A stretch of 64,000 nucleotides of DNA from Somniosus microcephalus (lineage: Eukaryota): the NCBI GenBank assembly GCA_052327205.1, contig CM126223.1:51026001-51090000 (forward strand). Reading direction: 5' to 3'. Numbering within the stretch: position 1 is the stretch's first letter; every line of letters starts with the position of its first letter. Shown piece by piece: positions 50,961 to 64,000 of the stretch. Both the position numbers and the translations under genes were made by a program. The notes beneath the pieces were generated by a model that worked only from the letters and a program-made list of their open reading frames with translations, was not told the origin of the DNA and ran no database searches.

Positions 50961-52627
50961 ATTCTAAATAAATAGTTAGTCAGTGAAGGTGTTAAAAATC
51001 ACACTACACATGAATATGTAGTCCTAACTTATTTGGGGTCTAACTGCAGATGTAATACGCAAGATATTACTTTTTGTTGTGTAAGCAACCAGCATGTACT
51101 ACGTATATTTGGTATATTTACAGCTTTTGCCTTGAACAGAAATACAGAGATACTAACTAAGTACTTTATTCTGTGCTGGATCCAATAGAGTAATGGGAGG
51201 GGAGGAGAATTGTTCTTCACAAAAAACAGGCTTTCTTCCATATTTTAAGTCATAAATGAGACCTGAATAAAAATGCACTCTCAGGAATTGCACGTTTCAA
51301 AGCTATGTATTCCTGTGATTTTATCAGTGGGTTGTCGATTATGGTGGAAAACATTTTTCATTGAGAGAGAAATTTTGGGCCATTTGTTATTCTGTTGGTT
51401 TGACCTCTAAATGATAGGGAATGCAAGTCTCTTTCTATTACAGAATGGTGGAATACTTCATATCCTGTACAGTTATTAAATAATTACTCTGTCTACTCTT
51501 TGAATTCTGAATTTCTGGGGAGCAGAAGGGAAGGGAGAGGAAAAATGAAAATTCAATGGTAATGTGTTCATGAAAACCTGGCTTTTTCTGTTCATGCAAT
51601 GTAAGAAAATATTGACTAGATTATTTTGGGGAAAAAATCCAATTCAGTTCATCTATAAAGTGCAGTACAATCTTCTCATTAAAAGAATTATACATTAAAA
51701 CCACAATTATGTTAACTATAACTAAATATGAGCAAATCAGTAGGAGCAGCCACTAAGCAGAGGTGAGCCATTTCTGGTGATAACAGGGTGCTCTCCTCTC
51801 TCAGAGGACGCAGTTTTGCAAGGCGTTTCAGTTGAGGAATAGTGCATGACACTTGAAAGTGTAGACAGCAACTTACAATTGAGGGGAAGAGGTTTTTTTT
51901 AAGGTCGCAAACATGTTACCATTCAAGTCCTGAATAAAAAGAAACATAAAATGAATTGTAAACACTCTTCCTTTGCAGAGAATACAATTAACAAATTGTT
52001 GATTCTGTGGTTTATCAGCCACCCCATTTGTCACTGTAACTGCTTCGGCCTCTTCATTGATTCCTACAAGTTACTTGAGAATGTTACCAAACCCACTCAA
52101 CTCTAATGCTGACAGACATCTTAAATGCAAATAAATAATTCATATAAAGTGCATAATAAACACAGCAGGATAATGTTTTTGTCAATGATAACCTATAAGC
52201 ACACTATCATTTGAAATGTGATATAGGAAAAGCTTAAGTGTTTTGTGGAAGAGGGAGAACAAGGGGACATTATTCTTCATAGAAACATATTTAAGAAAAC
52301 ATATGTTGTTTATTTACGTTATGGGCGGGAAGTTACATTCTGGTTGGTAAAACACTGACACCAAATAAATTCATAGATTTTGAACTTTGTTTCTTTTGCA
52401 AATAAAATAAACTCTTTTCATTTATGAGACAAGGCAACAATAGTTTTTGTAGTTATCTCCAAACTTCAAAATCAAGAAATATTATGGTACAACAAAAATC
52501 ACCAATGGATTACCAGTAAGATAAAATAACCTCCTTCAAGCTAGCCAGACTAATACAAATACCGAACTGGTATCCAACTGGCACATGTACAGGATTGAGC
52601 AATGGGTCATTATAATCTCATAACTCC

Positions 52628-54153
52628 TAAGAACATAAGAAATAGGAGCAGGAGTAAGCCATTCGGCACTTCGAGCCTGCTCCGCCATTCAATGAGATCA
52701 TGGCTGATCTTCTGCCTCAATTCCATTCACTGGCCCTATCCCTTAGAGTCATAGAGTCACAGAGCACAGAAAGAAGCCCATCGTGTCCATGCCAGCCATC
52801 AAGCCCTGTCTATTCTAATCCCATTTTCCAGCACTTGGTCCGTAGCTTTGTATGCTATGGCGTTTCAAGTGCTCATCTAAATGCTTCTTGAATGTTGAGG
52901 GTTCCTGCCTCTACCACCCTTTCAGGCAGTGAGTTCCAGATTCCAACCACCCATGATGGCTTTACTAGTCAGAAATCTAGCGACTTCTGTTTTGAATATA
53001 CCCAATGACTGAGCCTCCACCGCCCTCTGGGGTAGAGAATTCCAAAGATTCACCACCCTCTGTGTGAAGAAATTTCTTCTCATCTCAGTCCTGAATGGCC
53101 TACCCTTTATCCTGAGGCTGTGGCCCCTGGTTCTGGACTCCCCAGCCAAGGGAAACATTCTCCCAGCATCCATCCTATCAAGCCCTGTAATAATTTTGTA
53201 TGCTTCAATGAGATCCCCTCTCATTCTTCTGAATTCAAGAGAATAAAGGCCTAGTTTACTCAATCTCTTCTCATTCGACAGTCCCACCATCCGAGGAATC
53301 AGTCTCGTGAACCTTCGCTGCACTCCAAAATCAAGTACACAGTACTCCAGGTGTGGTCTCACCAAGGCCCTATATAATTGGAGTAAGACTTCTTTCCTCC
53401 TGTACTCAAATCCTCTTGTAATGAAGGCCAACATACCATTTGCCTTCCTAATGGCTTGCTGCACCTGCACATTAATTTTCAGTGGCTCATGTACAAGGAC
53501 ACCCAGGTCCCTTTGAGCATCTGCATTCCCCAATCTTTCACCATCTAGGAAATACTCTGCCTTTCTGTTTTTTCTACCAAAGTGGATAACTTCACATTTA
53601 TCCACATTATATTCCATCTGCCATGTTCTCGCCCACTCACTGAGCCTGTCGAGATCCCCTTGAAGCCTCTTCACATCCTCTTGGCAACTGACACTGCCAC
53701 CTAGCTTTGTGTCATCAGCAAATTTGGAAATGTTACATTTAGTCCCCTCATCCAAATCATTGATATAGATTGTGAATAGCTGGGATCCTTGCGATACCCC
53801 ACTAGTCACAGCCTGCCATCCTGAAAAAGACCCATTTATCCCTACTCTTTGTTTTCTGTCTGTTAACCAATTCTCAATCCATGCTAGTATATTACCCCCA
53901 ATTCCATGTGCCCTAATTTTGTTCACCAACCTCGTGTGGGACCTTATCGAAGGCCTTCTGAAAATCCAGATACACCACATCTACCGGTTCCCCCTTTGTC
54001 TGCTCCACTAATTACATCCTCAAAAAACTCCAATAGGTTTGTCAAACAGGATTTCCCTTTCATATATCCATGTTGGCTCTGCCCAATCTTGCTATTAGTT
54101 TCTAAGTGCCCAGTTATTGCATCCTTTATAATAGACTCCAGCATTTCCCAACT
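52628..54153 (-). mobile_element. CR1 (HER1-type) LINE, 5'-truncated, with a second CR1 tail nested at about 52745-52952
   Basis: ORFs 52922-53980 and 53944-54192 (RT: [32 protein letters not shown]). Two different 3' tails (taagaacataagaaatagg and agagtcatagagtc). Confidence 0.92.
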
Positions 54154-55138
54154 CCTGATCGACAAACTTCTGACTTCCACGCTATTGCCCAATTTTGATA
54201 TAAACTTTAATACAGAAATGTAGCATAATATAGCAGTTCAGCACATTTTGGTATCTGTTACAACTGTCAGAGAAATAAAAGCCTCCACAGGTTTACTTCT
54301 CAGACTATCTAAGCTGCTCATTTGTATAAAATAATCCATTTATTTACTTTCGCTTTTCAACCATGCTAAATGCTCACTTTCAGCCCCTTTTAAGTGCCCT
54401 TAACAGTTTTGAAAATGTTCCTATTTTGTCACACATCCTGCAGAGATTTCATGCCTTTGATCTTCCACTTGAATTGCCAATTTTGAATGGAAAATAGAGA
54501 GCAAGTGGAAACTAGTGGCTAGAAGGAAAATTGGAGACTGTATCCCCCCAGACCAGTCTCACACACCTCCGAGTGACAATCTGTAAAGCTACACCGACAG
54601 ATCGAGGAATCAAACATGGCATGTGGACAGAACCTAGTTTAGTTAAAAACAAAACAAAAAAAATCCAAAGATGGAAAGTAGCATTTCCGAAAATAATTAT
54701 TTTTGTAAAATATCAACAATCAATATTATGAAGGAAATTTACAGAAAAGCACAGATTAGTATTTCCTGAATTCCAAAATTGTAACCAGGTGAGTTTTATT
54801 TTTTGTGAAAATGTGTTAGAGTCCCCAAAAGGTTAATATTCAAGTTCAATTATTTGACGTTCTAACTGTCCAAAGAGATAATTAAATCTACTTTTATAGT
54901 GTAGACTTAATGTAGATTCAAAACTCTCTCGCCAATTTGGGCTACAAGGTGACAACTGATCAGTTGTATCTTTTAGGAAAGACATCAGAAACAAATTTTG
55001 AACCATAGCTAAATATAGTTTAAATATTTTGTTCATTGCTTCAGAGTTATTGTCGTCTTGCTTTCCGCTCACAGAATTGTCAACCAAGGCAACACTATCC
55101 TATGTCACACAAATCAGCTACTAAGACCTTGAGAGCAA

Positions 55139-55882
55139 CCCACACAAGTGCCAGGTAATGATCTCAAACAAGAGAAAGCTCAGCTACCTCCCCTTGACAT
55201 TCAGTTGGCACCACCATTGCTAACATGCCCACCAATACCCTGGATCACCATTGACCAGAAGCTGAATTGGACCAGCCATTTCAACAGCATGGCTACAAGA
55301 ACAGCACAGAGGATGGGTACTCTGCAACGGGTGGTTCACTTCATGACTCCTCAAAGCATCTCCACCATCTACAAGGCTCAAGTTAGGAATGTGACAGAAT
55401 ACTCACCACTCGCCTGGATGGGATCAGCTGCAACAATATTCAAGAAACTCGACACCATCCAGAATAGAGCAGTTCACTTGATCAGTGCCCCCCTCACTGG
55501 ACTCAATATCCACCCTTTCCACCACTGGCACACTGTGGCTGCAGTATGCCCAATCTACAGGATGCACTGCAGCAGCTCACCAAGGTTACTTTGACAGCAC
55601 CTTCTTCTCCTACGACCTCTACACCAAAACAAACAAGAGCAGCAATGCTGTGAGAACACTATCATTTTCAAGTTCCAGTCACACAACATCCTGGCTTGGA
55701 CATATCGGCGATCGTTTGTCATTTCTGGGTCAGAATCTTGGAATTCTCTACCTAACATCATTGTGGGAGCACCATTACCACAAGGATTTCAGCAGTTCGA
55801 GGAGAAGGCCCACCACCACCTTCTCTGGGCAATAAAATGTGGCCTTGCAGGCCCTGCCCATGTCCCAAAAATAAATAAAAAA
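55139..55882 (+). mobile_element. CR1-like LINE (second lineage) 3' fragment
   Basis: ORF 55148-55594 (IDQKLNWTSH..IYKAQVR..EYSPLAW). Homologous to 39945-41062. Confidence 0.88.
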
Positions 55883-58800
55883 TCCAAGGCAACTCAGTTG
55901 TCAGTTCTGCTTTTCTTCCCATAAAGATACACCTAACCTTTCTTAGAACTAATGCAGAAGCCTTGGCCAACATCAAGAACTTGAGGGAAAACCACTGATT
56001 CAAACCCACATTATCACTCTGTAGTGCAGCACATTTGAAGACAATGTAGTGTTGGGTGCAAATATATTTTGCAAAATTCAAAATGTCTTCCCTATTAATT
56101 TATGAAAACCTGTTCTATTATGCATATAATATGAGCTTGTAAGGTAAGTATATAATCAACAACGCCATACCCCCAATTCAATACTGCAAATGCCATGTTA
56201 ATTAGTCGTCAATAGAGCCTAACCATTGAAACTATCATATTCAAAATGCTTCAAGCAATTCTAAACTGTCCTTTTGTAAATATAAAACTCTACTTGCACA
56301 ATGAAGTGGCCCATGACCCGTGTCATACCACATCGCAGAGACAACAATAAATGTTAGTAACAGCGCACGTCAGACTCTATCACTAGATTCTGTCCAAGCA
56401 GACATAACACACTTATGACATTGTCCTTTATGTTAGCTATGCAGTCAGGTACACTAATTTTATAAATATGGTACCTCACCAGGGCCTGTAAGGTATCCTC
56501 TGTTTCTCATGATAAATTAGTGTTTTTTTTTACTATTTCTTGTTAGTACATGTGCTTGCCAAGTGTGTAAAACAGTGCTGAAAATCAATTATACACTTAA
56601 CAGAAATGAATTAAATGCAGGGAACCATGACAAATGGTTGGGGTTGATTACAGAGATGCATGTGGTTCTGAGTTGGTTTTGGGCCAGTGTGTACAAAAGC
56701 AACAAAGCCACACGACGGAGGTGCAAGGTCAAAACTAGACAACAACCCGTACACTACGGTGATCCTCCCCGTCTGTTGTTAAGTATAATTTACACAACCT
56801 ACTTTTCCGCTAGAGTGAGAAATGGTTGGTGGCAGATCAAGTGACCACGTAGGAGAGGAGTCTATCGATAACGCAGAATAGGCTTTAAACACCATCACCA
56901 CAAGACAACAGTGGTCTTCTGATATCAGAGGTACTTAATTGACAGGGGGGAATGAACACAATGTCTCATATACAAACGTTCAGTTTACAAGAATAGAATT
57001 TTAAAAAATTGCAAACTACTTTGTATATCATTCCGTAAATTGTTTACTAAAATATTTTAAAAACCGTACAAATGTTGCATCTTAGAGGCTGTTTAAAAGA
57101 TTCCTTCCTCCACAAATAGATTCTTGCATCCATCAGTTGAGTGTAAGCTGCAAACACCTACCAATGATCTAGGAAACCTCTGGTACCAGTTTTTAATTGG
57201 TCAGAAATGATACAAAACAATGATATGCATATTTTTAAAAAATGTACAGTTACATTTTATAAAGGTTCAAGATACATCAATTTTGAAAATTATCAATGTA
57301 TTCAGGGAACTATCCATCTTCAGATGCTCATTACTGGAGTTGACAGACACAATAATAGACAAGAGCTGGGTAAAACACAGCAGTGTATTGTTGAAAATAA
57401 GATCAGCTAATTCTAGTCAGGTCAGACTGTAGCATCCTCCAACACACATTTATCATATTATCAGCCCTAATCTTCCATTGTCGAGAGGAAACAGCCATCA
57501 ACTCCCCTTGCACGAGCAACAACCATCCACTATCATGTCCACTACCATTGTTATGGATCACCTCACTTTTGTTGAAGACAAAGAAATGCTGTCATCTTTA
57601 ATCTTTCTTACGCATGCATTATGTGGCAGAAAGTCATATCATAACATAGTAGTAAATCTATAACCTGACCAATGTAACTCAATTTTAGTCCCACCAGATT
57701 TGTTAGTCCAATTTGCATTAAAACGATATATTGTTTCAGCAAAATAGGCTACATTACCAAGGCTTCTACATTAATAAAATCTGCTTTTTAACATGTTCTA
57801 AATATTTTAAACAAAAGCAAAAATATTGATAAAGCAGCATTGGAAAAGACCTCAAAGCTGTTATCTCAGTCAGGGGAAGGGAAATAACTAGAAAATGTTA
57901 TGAAAAGTCTGGTGAAATTCTTCAACGTTAGCTGGGCAACACATTGCTGCTTACATTTTATTGGGATACAGTGGCGGTAACAGTTTTAAGCTACCCTAGT
58001 AATGAGGTATTTTTCAGGGGCGGACAGATGGGTCTAAGTTTAATCTAAATCTTATGAAGAACTCTGAATTTGAGATGACAAATTAGTGTAGAGAGAGACA
58101 GATACCAACACCTTCCTCTACCACCCACGCCCCACCCATTCACCACTGAACATTGAATTTTAAACTAGACTAACATTTTTTTTGTTATTTTGGAAGAGAA
58201 CAATTCTTATTCTATAGATTTACTTACTATTACTTCAATCAAGAGAACTTAAGTATAGTAGGGCAAGAAAGGAAATGATATCACCTGGCACTAAAACAAT
58301 CCTCACAAAAACATGCAGAAAATGGCATTGATTCTTTGCTATCTTTTAGATCCATATTTTAAATTGTGTTTTCTTTCATAAAACACTGCAGTGATTCAGT
58401 AAATGATAGCATTCAAAATTTGTGATGCAATATTGCATAATATTATCACAACTTAATAAGCTATATTAAAAACATTAAGTGCTATACTTGTATCTGATCC
58501 AAGATTATTATCTAGTTGTTATTTTGTAAAACTGTATGTATTCCCCCACACCCCCATTTTTCTCCTTTGAAGCGGTCTGGTCCCCTGTCAAACACACAGA
58601 TTCTTGCAGGTTGCGGGATCCTCACTCAAATGGTTTGAACACAAAACAAATTGGCTGGAAGAAGAATTAAAAATTCCATGTGTCTAAAATCTAGGATCTG
58701 CAGAAAATATCTTGCATCATCCTGCTGGACCTGTGAGACATCACTGGGATGATGTAGTACCTCTCTTCTGCCACTGGACAGCACTTTACTATTTGCTTGG

Positions 58801-59117
58801 CTCACTGAGAGCCCCTAAAAGCAGAAGCTCTTTACTGCATTATTATAATATACTGTACTAGGCGAATTCTCTTTAGGTTGTGCACAGTTGTGAAAGACCT
58901 TTTCCTGCATTATGCATGACTATGAAATGCTTGCATGGGGACAAACTTCATATAAAGATTACAGAAGGATGCTTGCACCATGGCTAAATAGTTCCTCTAC
59001 AAAGCAGATTTCACATTAAAATGTACTTTGCAGACACAAGAAACTTACTTCATAAAACCACCTTCAAAGTTAAGTATGATGGCAATTTGCAAGATATACA
59101 ATAATGCAGAATCAAAT

Positions 59118-61110
59118 CTTCTTCTCTTAGGCAGTCCCTCGGAACCAAGGATGGCTTGTTTCCACATTAAAAATGAGTTTGCAGGTGACTGATGAGTCCA
59201 ATGCGGGACCTACAGTCTCTGTCACAGGTGGGGCAGACGGTGCTTGGGTTGACGTGCGCTCCTTGCGCTTGGCTTCCGCTTGCTCCCGGCGAAGAGACTC
59301 GAGGTATTCGGCGCCTTCCCGGATGCTTCTCCTCCACTTTGTGCGATCTTGGGCCAGGGATTCCCAGGTGTCGGTGGGGATGTTACACTTTTTCAAGGAG
59401 GCTTTGAGGGTGTCCTTGAAATGTTTCCTCTGCCCACCTGGAGCTCTCTTGCCGTGCCGGAGCTCCGAGTACAGCGCTTGTTTTGGGAGTCTCATTTCGG
59501 GCAATCGGAGCTGATTGAGTGTGGTCAAAGCTTCGATGCTGGGGATGTTGGCCTGAGCAAGAACATGGACGCTGGTGTGCCTATCCTGCCAATGGATTTG
59601 CAGGATCTTGCAGAGGCAGCATTGGTGGTACCTCGCCAGTGCTTTGAGGTGCCTGCTGTACATGGTCCATGTCTCTGAGGCATACAGCAGGGCGGGTAGC
59701 ACTGCTGCTCTGTAGACCATGAGCTTAGTGCTGGGTTTGAGGTCTTGGTCTTCAAACACTCTCTTCCTCAGGCGACCGAAGGCTGCACTGACACACTGAA
59801 GGCGGTGTTGGACTTCGTCGTCTGCCCTTGTTGACAGTAGGCTCCCGAGGTATGGAAAGTGATCCACGTTGTGCAAGGCCTTGTCGTGGATTTTGATAAT
59901 CGGGGGGGCAGTACTGTGTGGCGGGGGCAGGTTGGTAGAGGACCTTTGTCTTACGGATGTTTAGTGTAAGGCCCATGATCTCGTATGCTTCGGTGAAGGT
60001 GTTGACGATGGTTTGGAGTTCGACCTCCGAGTGAGCGCAGACGCAAGCATCGTCTGCATACTGTAATTCGACGACAGAGGATGGGACGACCGTGGATCTG
60101 GATTGGAGGCGACGGAGGTTGAACAGTTTCCCGTTTGTTCTGTAAATTAGCTCCACTCCAGTGGGGAGCTTACTGAGGGTGAGATGGAACATTGCAGCAA
60201 GGAAGATCGAGAAGAGCATTGGTGCGATGACACAGCCTTGCTTGACCCCGGTCCGTACGTGAATTGGGTCTGTGGTGGAACCGTTGGTCAGGATCACGGC
60301 TTGCATGTCGTCGTGAAGCAGGTGGAGGATAGTGACAAACTTTTGAGGGCAGCCGAATTTGAGGACACTCCATAATCCCTCACGGTTGACAGTGTCGAAG
60401 GCCTTTGTGAGATCAAAGAAGGCCATGTACAGCGGTTGGTGCTGTTCCCTGCATTTCTCTTGTAATTGACGTGCGGTGAAGATCATGTCCATTGTGCCCC
60501 TTAGTGGGCGGAATCCGCATTGCGACTCTGGGAGGAGCTCTTCGGCCACTGGGAGAAGGCGATTGAGGAGGATTCTTGCGATGACTTTCCCTGTGGCAGA
60601 CAGCAGGGAAACTCCTCTGTAATTACCGCAATCGGACTTGTCACCTTTCTTGAAGATGATCACAATTACGGCGTCTGAGATCCCCTGGCATGCTCTCCTC
60701 CTTCCAGATAAGAGAAATGAGTTCATGAATTCGCGCCAGTAGTGCTTCTCCGCCATGTGCCTCGGCGGGGATTCCATCTGCTCCTGAGGCCTGTTGTTCT
60801 TCAGTTGTCGGATGGCCTTTTCAACCTCATGCCGGGCTGGGGTTGTGCTGAGATGGTGGCGGGTAGCATGCTGTGGGATGGAGTTGAGGACGCTTGTGTC
60901 GAAGACAGAGTCGTAGTTAAGGAGATCTTCGAAGTGCTCCTTCCAGCGGGCACTGACTGCCTCTCTGTCCCTGAGTACCTCTCCGTTCTTGGCCCGCAGT
61001 GGGGTAAGGCCTTGGGTGCTTGGGCCGTAGATGGTCTTGAGTGCGCTAAACAATCCACGCATGTCGTGGTTGTCGGCTAGCTGCTGGATCTCCAGCGCTT
61101 TCTCTACCTC
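59118..61110 (-). mobile_element. RTE-clade (BovB-like) LINE, 5'-truncated, RT domain to (GAA)n tail
   Basis: ORFs 59752-61194 and 59127-59876: KKGDKSDCGNYRGVSLLS, ESQCGFR, FFDLTKAFDTV, GVKQGCVIAP, LQYADD, FPYLGS. Tail gggactgcctaagagaagaag. 47-bp flanking direct repeat. Confidence 0.95.
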
Positions 61111-62504
61111 TAAGTATGATGGCAATTTGCAAGATATATAATAGTACAGAATCAAATACATTAAATATAAAAGCCGAGCGTGCATGCAGTGCATTTCTAG
61201 TACTTTAAAACCATACTAATCACTAATGCTATGTAGTTACAGGCTTAAGACCGGTTAGGATCAGGTTATGCATTTGAAAACACCCGAGGACCTGCATGTT
61301 TTGACACTTTCCAAGTCCAAGATCCTTTTGTCAGCAAAATATTTTTTCCGAACCCTTTGTTAATCAACCAGACAGAAGCATAACTAGAGAAAGGGAGAAA
61401 GCAACTGAAGTGTCACATTTCCAAAGGCTGCACAACATGGAATCAACAAAATCAACCACAGATAATGGCTGGTGGACTTGAAGAGTCAGTGATTACCAAA
61501 ACTAGTATGGACCATGTATTTTGCTCCATCTCTCCTCCTCCTAAATTGCCCATAGAAGTTGGAATGACATTATCAATAATCTGTCATTTATTCTCTAAAG
61601 TATATGCAGCAACAAAAGCTAAAAACCGCAATTGCAGGAGGTATTAATTTACGACATACTTACAAATCTTGGCCTTTGCAGCCATCTGATGGATCTTGAC
61701 AGAAACTACACCACACACTTATACAATTAGGATGCTGAAGTCTCAAGCTATTCTTATTAGATCTTAAACAGTTTATGGGGCATCTGTTTGCGTGTGCAAT
61801 CCAGGCAAAGCTTTAACCGAGACATTAGCTAACACTAGACAACGCAGAATAATTGATTTAATTAAATGTAGCAATGTCAACTGGTTTTAATGAAATAATT
61901 ACATGTAGGTCAGGCAAATACAATTTCTTTTGTTTCAGGCCAAATTTTTCCTCCATTTATTTCTATAGAAAATTCTGTTCAGTACAACCCCAATAAGTAA
62001 CAATTTCAAGCACATAACTGAGTTCCAAATTCTCTCAGACCTGAAACTATACTGTTAAAAATGTTCATTAGACTTAACATTTTAATATCTTGTTCTTCAG
62101 CCAGTGTAAATATATTCCAAGTACTTTTTGTCCTATTATTAAAAGCCTCAAATGCCAGATTTCTAAATATTTTATTTTTATTGGCCCAGTTTTAGAAGTA
62201 ATTTTCTCCTCTTCCTTAGGTTTTTCTGTCCTATTTCCTGTTTGAGAAAGCTGGCAAGCTTCCAGACAATACTGTTCTGTCACCAACTAATGAACCAACC
62301 ATTTCTGTTCAGTGCTTCTTCCAACAACTGAGATCAAGGACTTGCATTGTGTGGAATTATGGCTGTGATCCCGTTGCCTAATATTCTACAGAGTGAGCAG
62401 TGGTACACCACTGTGTCACAAATTACATTTTTGTTTCATGGCATAATTTATAGGTTTTCTTCTAACTGTAGACAAGTAAATGCACTTCAAAAAGGAACCT
62501 CAAT

Positions 62505-63360
62505 TCTAAGTTCTCCGATGGCTCAGCTGGTGAAGGCTGTATACAACTGAGCCTTGCAGACCAGGATGGTTCAATTCCCCATCTATGCTAATATTAGGTG
62601 ATCTCATCTGGGGAGGTGGTTAACCTTGCTACCCATTAGCCTTAGCTTCTTTAAGAAATGGGGGAAAAATTCCTATGGTTTCCACTCCTAATTGTTATCC
62701 TGTCACCCTTGCTCAATGTGCACCTGCGGATGTCAGGTAAAGACAGGATCGAAGTTGGATGTGATGTCCCTATGGTCAAACAGCCTGCCAATATTCAACG
62801 TCATGCATGAACATTGGCTGCTTAAGTGAGGTACCATATGTGTCCAGCACCCATGGAGTTGCACCCCAAGCAAGGAAATATGCCTTTAGGGAACAAGGGA
62901 GGAGTAAGTAGTGTCTGGTCACTCATCTCTACCTGTTCTTCGCAAGTAAACAGCCTGCTAAGCTTGTTTGAGAAGGGAAATAATTTCCTCCATTTGTACC
63001 CTCTACAGTCAAAGATTCCCTTGATGGCTCATGTGGTTAAGGAAGTGCGTACGAATAGCTGAACCATATAGGCCAGGAAGGTCTCAGATCTATACTGTTA
63101 TTTAGTTTCAGCCCCAGTGGCAGTAGGAGTGTTACAATTGGTCTCAGTACCCCAGGCGTAGGAAGGGGAAGGGGAAAATTTATCTAATCATGATCCAGAG
63201 ATCACTGCTGGAAATGTGCATGTGAGGATGTCAGGACTGTGATGTTGTCCATGATCAAAGAGTGCATCAACACTCACCATCTAAGCCTCCATATTAAGAA
63301 TGATCATTTGGATAAGATACTAAAGTGAGCCCACTGCTCATGGAACCATATGCCTGAACA
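62505..63360 (+). mobile_element. Two neighbouring old tRNA-derived SINE-like copies (about 62505-62890 and 63015-63360)
   Basis: Heads gatggctcagctggtgaagg and gatggctcatgtggttaagg; shared body ggatgtcagg..tgtgatgt..atggtcaaacagcctgcca. Confidence 0.6.
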
Positions 63361-64000
63361 GCCTGGCTCTGATTTTAAGGTTATGTTCTTATTCTCAGCT
63401 GCACTGTGAGTGGAGGCAGTGAGCAGCGATCAAATGCTTTTCTACAGAAATCAAGGGAAAATCAAAATGCACTCTTATGCAGAGATTAGACTAGGGAGTT
63501 ATCTGCCTGCCCCAATGCCAAGAAAGAGTTCACACCTTATAGAAATCTAAAAGACGGACAGGGAAAAAATACAACCTCACAAAAACAACAAACACATAGT
63601 TTGAAATTTTATCTAAATATTGTCAACATCAGAGTCTCATAATAGCTCCCCTAATTTATTTATCAATACAATTACACAAATAGTCCAGTCACTGTTTTAA
63701 TTTGCAGTATCTTCACTCCCCCGACCTCTTGATCATTCATAAACAGAAAGCGAATGAGTTCAAGGTGCACATGACAACTGGTTTGCCACTAACATCATCA
63801 CTTGCTATATCATTGTCAGATTATTCAGTCACAACATACAAAGCACCAACATATTTTATTCTGTAATCTACAGCAAAAGCCTCCTTGCAGAACACTTATA
63901 CACAGAGAGACCACCTGTTTATAGTGAACATTATTGCTGGTCCCAACAGTAAATTAATTATGATTACGTTACCACCCATGTAAAAGGACCACCCTAAGTC

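Larger units (their letters stand above)
7652..64000 (-). other. BRIP1: Very large BRIP1 intron upstream of the exon-15 equivalent (extends past the window)
   Basis: Acceptor ends at 7652. A manual scan for the preceding exon (human VWVGTIGSGP...FQDEVG...CFLPSYK) found nothing in the window. Confidence 0.7.

Noticed and set aside
61111-61194. 'KLPSYL' resembling BRIP1 'FLPSYK' of the missing upstream exon
   Set aside because: It lies in the RTE target-site duplication, has no splice sites, and the flanking residues do not match FANCJ.

Overview
Eukaryotic, AT-rich, repeat-dense vertebrate DNA. The repeat repertoire (HER1-type CR1 LINEs, Deu-domain SINEs, L2, Neptune-type Penelope, RTE) points to a cartilaginous fish, probably a shark. 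The whole window lies inside the BRIP1/FANCJ helicase gene on the minus strand. Two coding exons are visible: 7492-7651 (160 nt) and 3724-3845 (122 nt), matching human exons 15 and 16 in length and translation. The second exon ends in a non-canonical GC donor. I found no upstream exon in 7652-64000, so that intron appears to exceed 56 kb. It is filled with retro- and DNA transposons, several of them nested: a solo LTR inside a CR1 inside a Vingi, a Tigger-like element inside a DeuSINE, and a Penelope inside an L2. Other items are a family of hairpin-rich PIF/Harbinger-like MITEs, a young unassigned tRNA-derived SINE, an RTE with a 47-bp target-site duplication, and a few non-repetitive blocks that could be conserved enhancers. 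There are no prokaryotic features, CRISPR arrays, rRNA or intact tRNA genes. Nearly all ORFs in the supplied track are spurious or transposon-derived. Family names are from recalled consensus features, not database searches.
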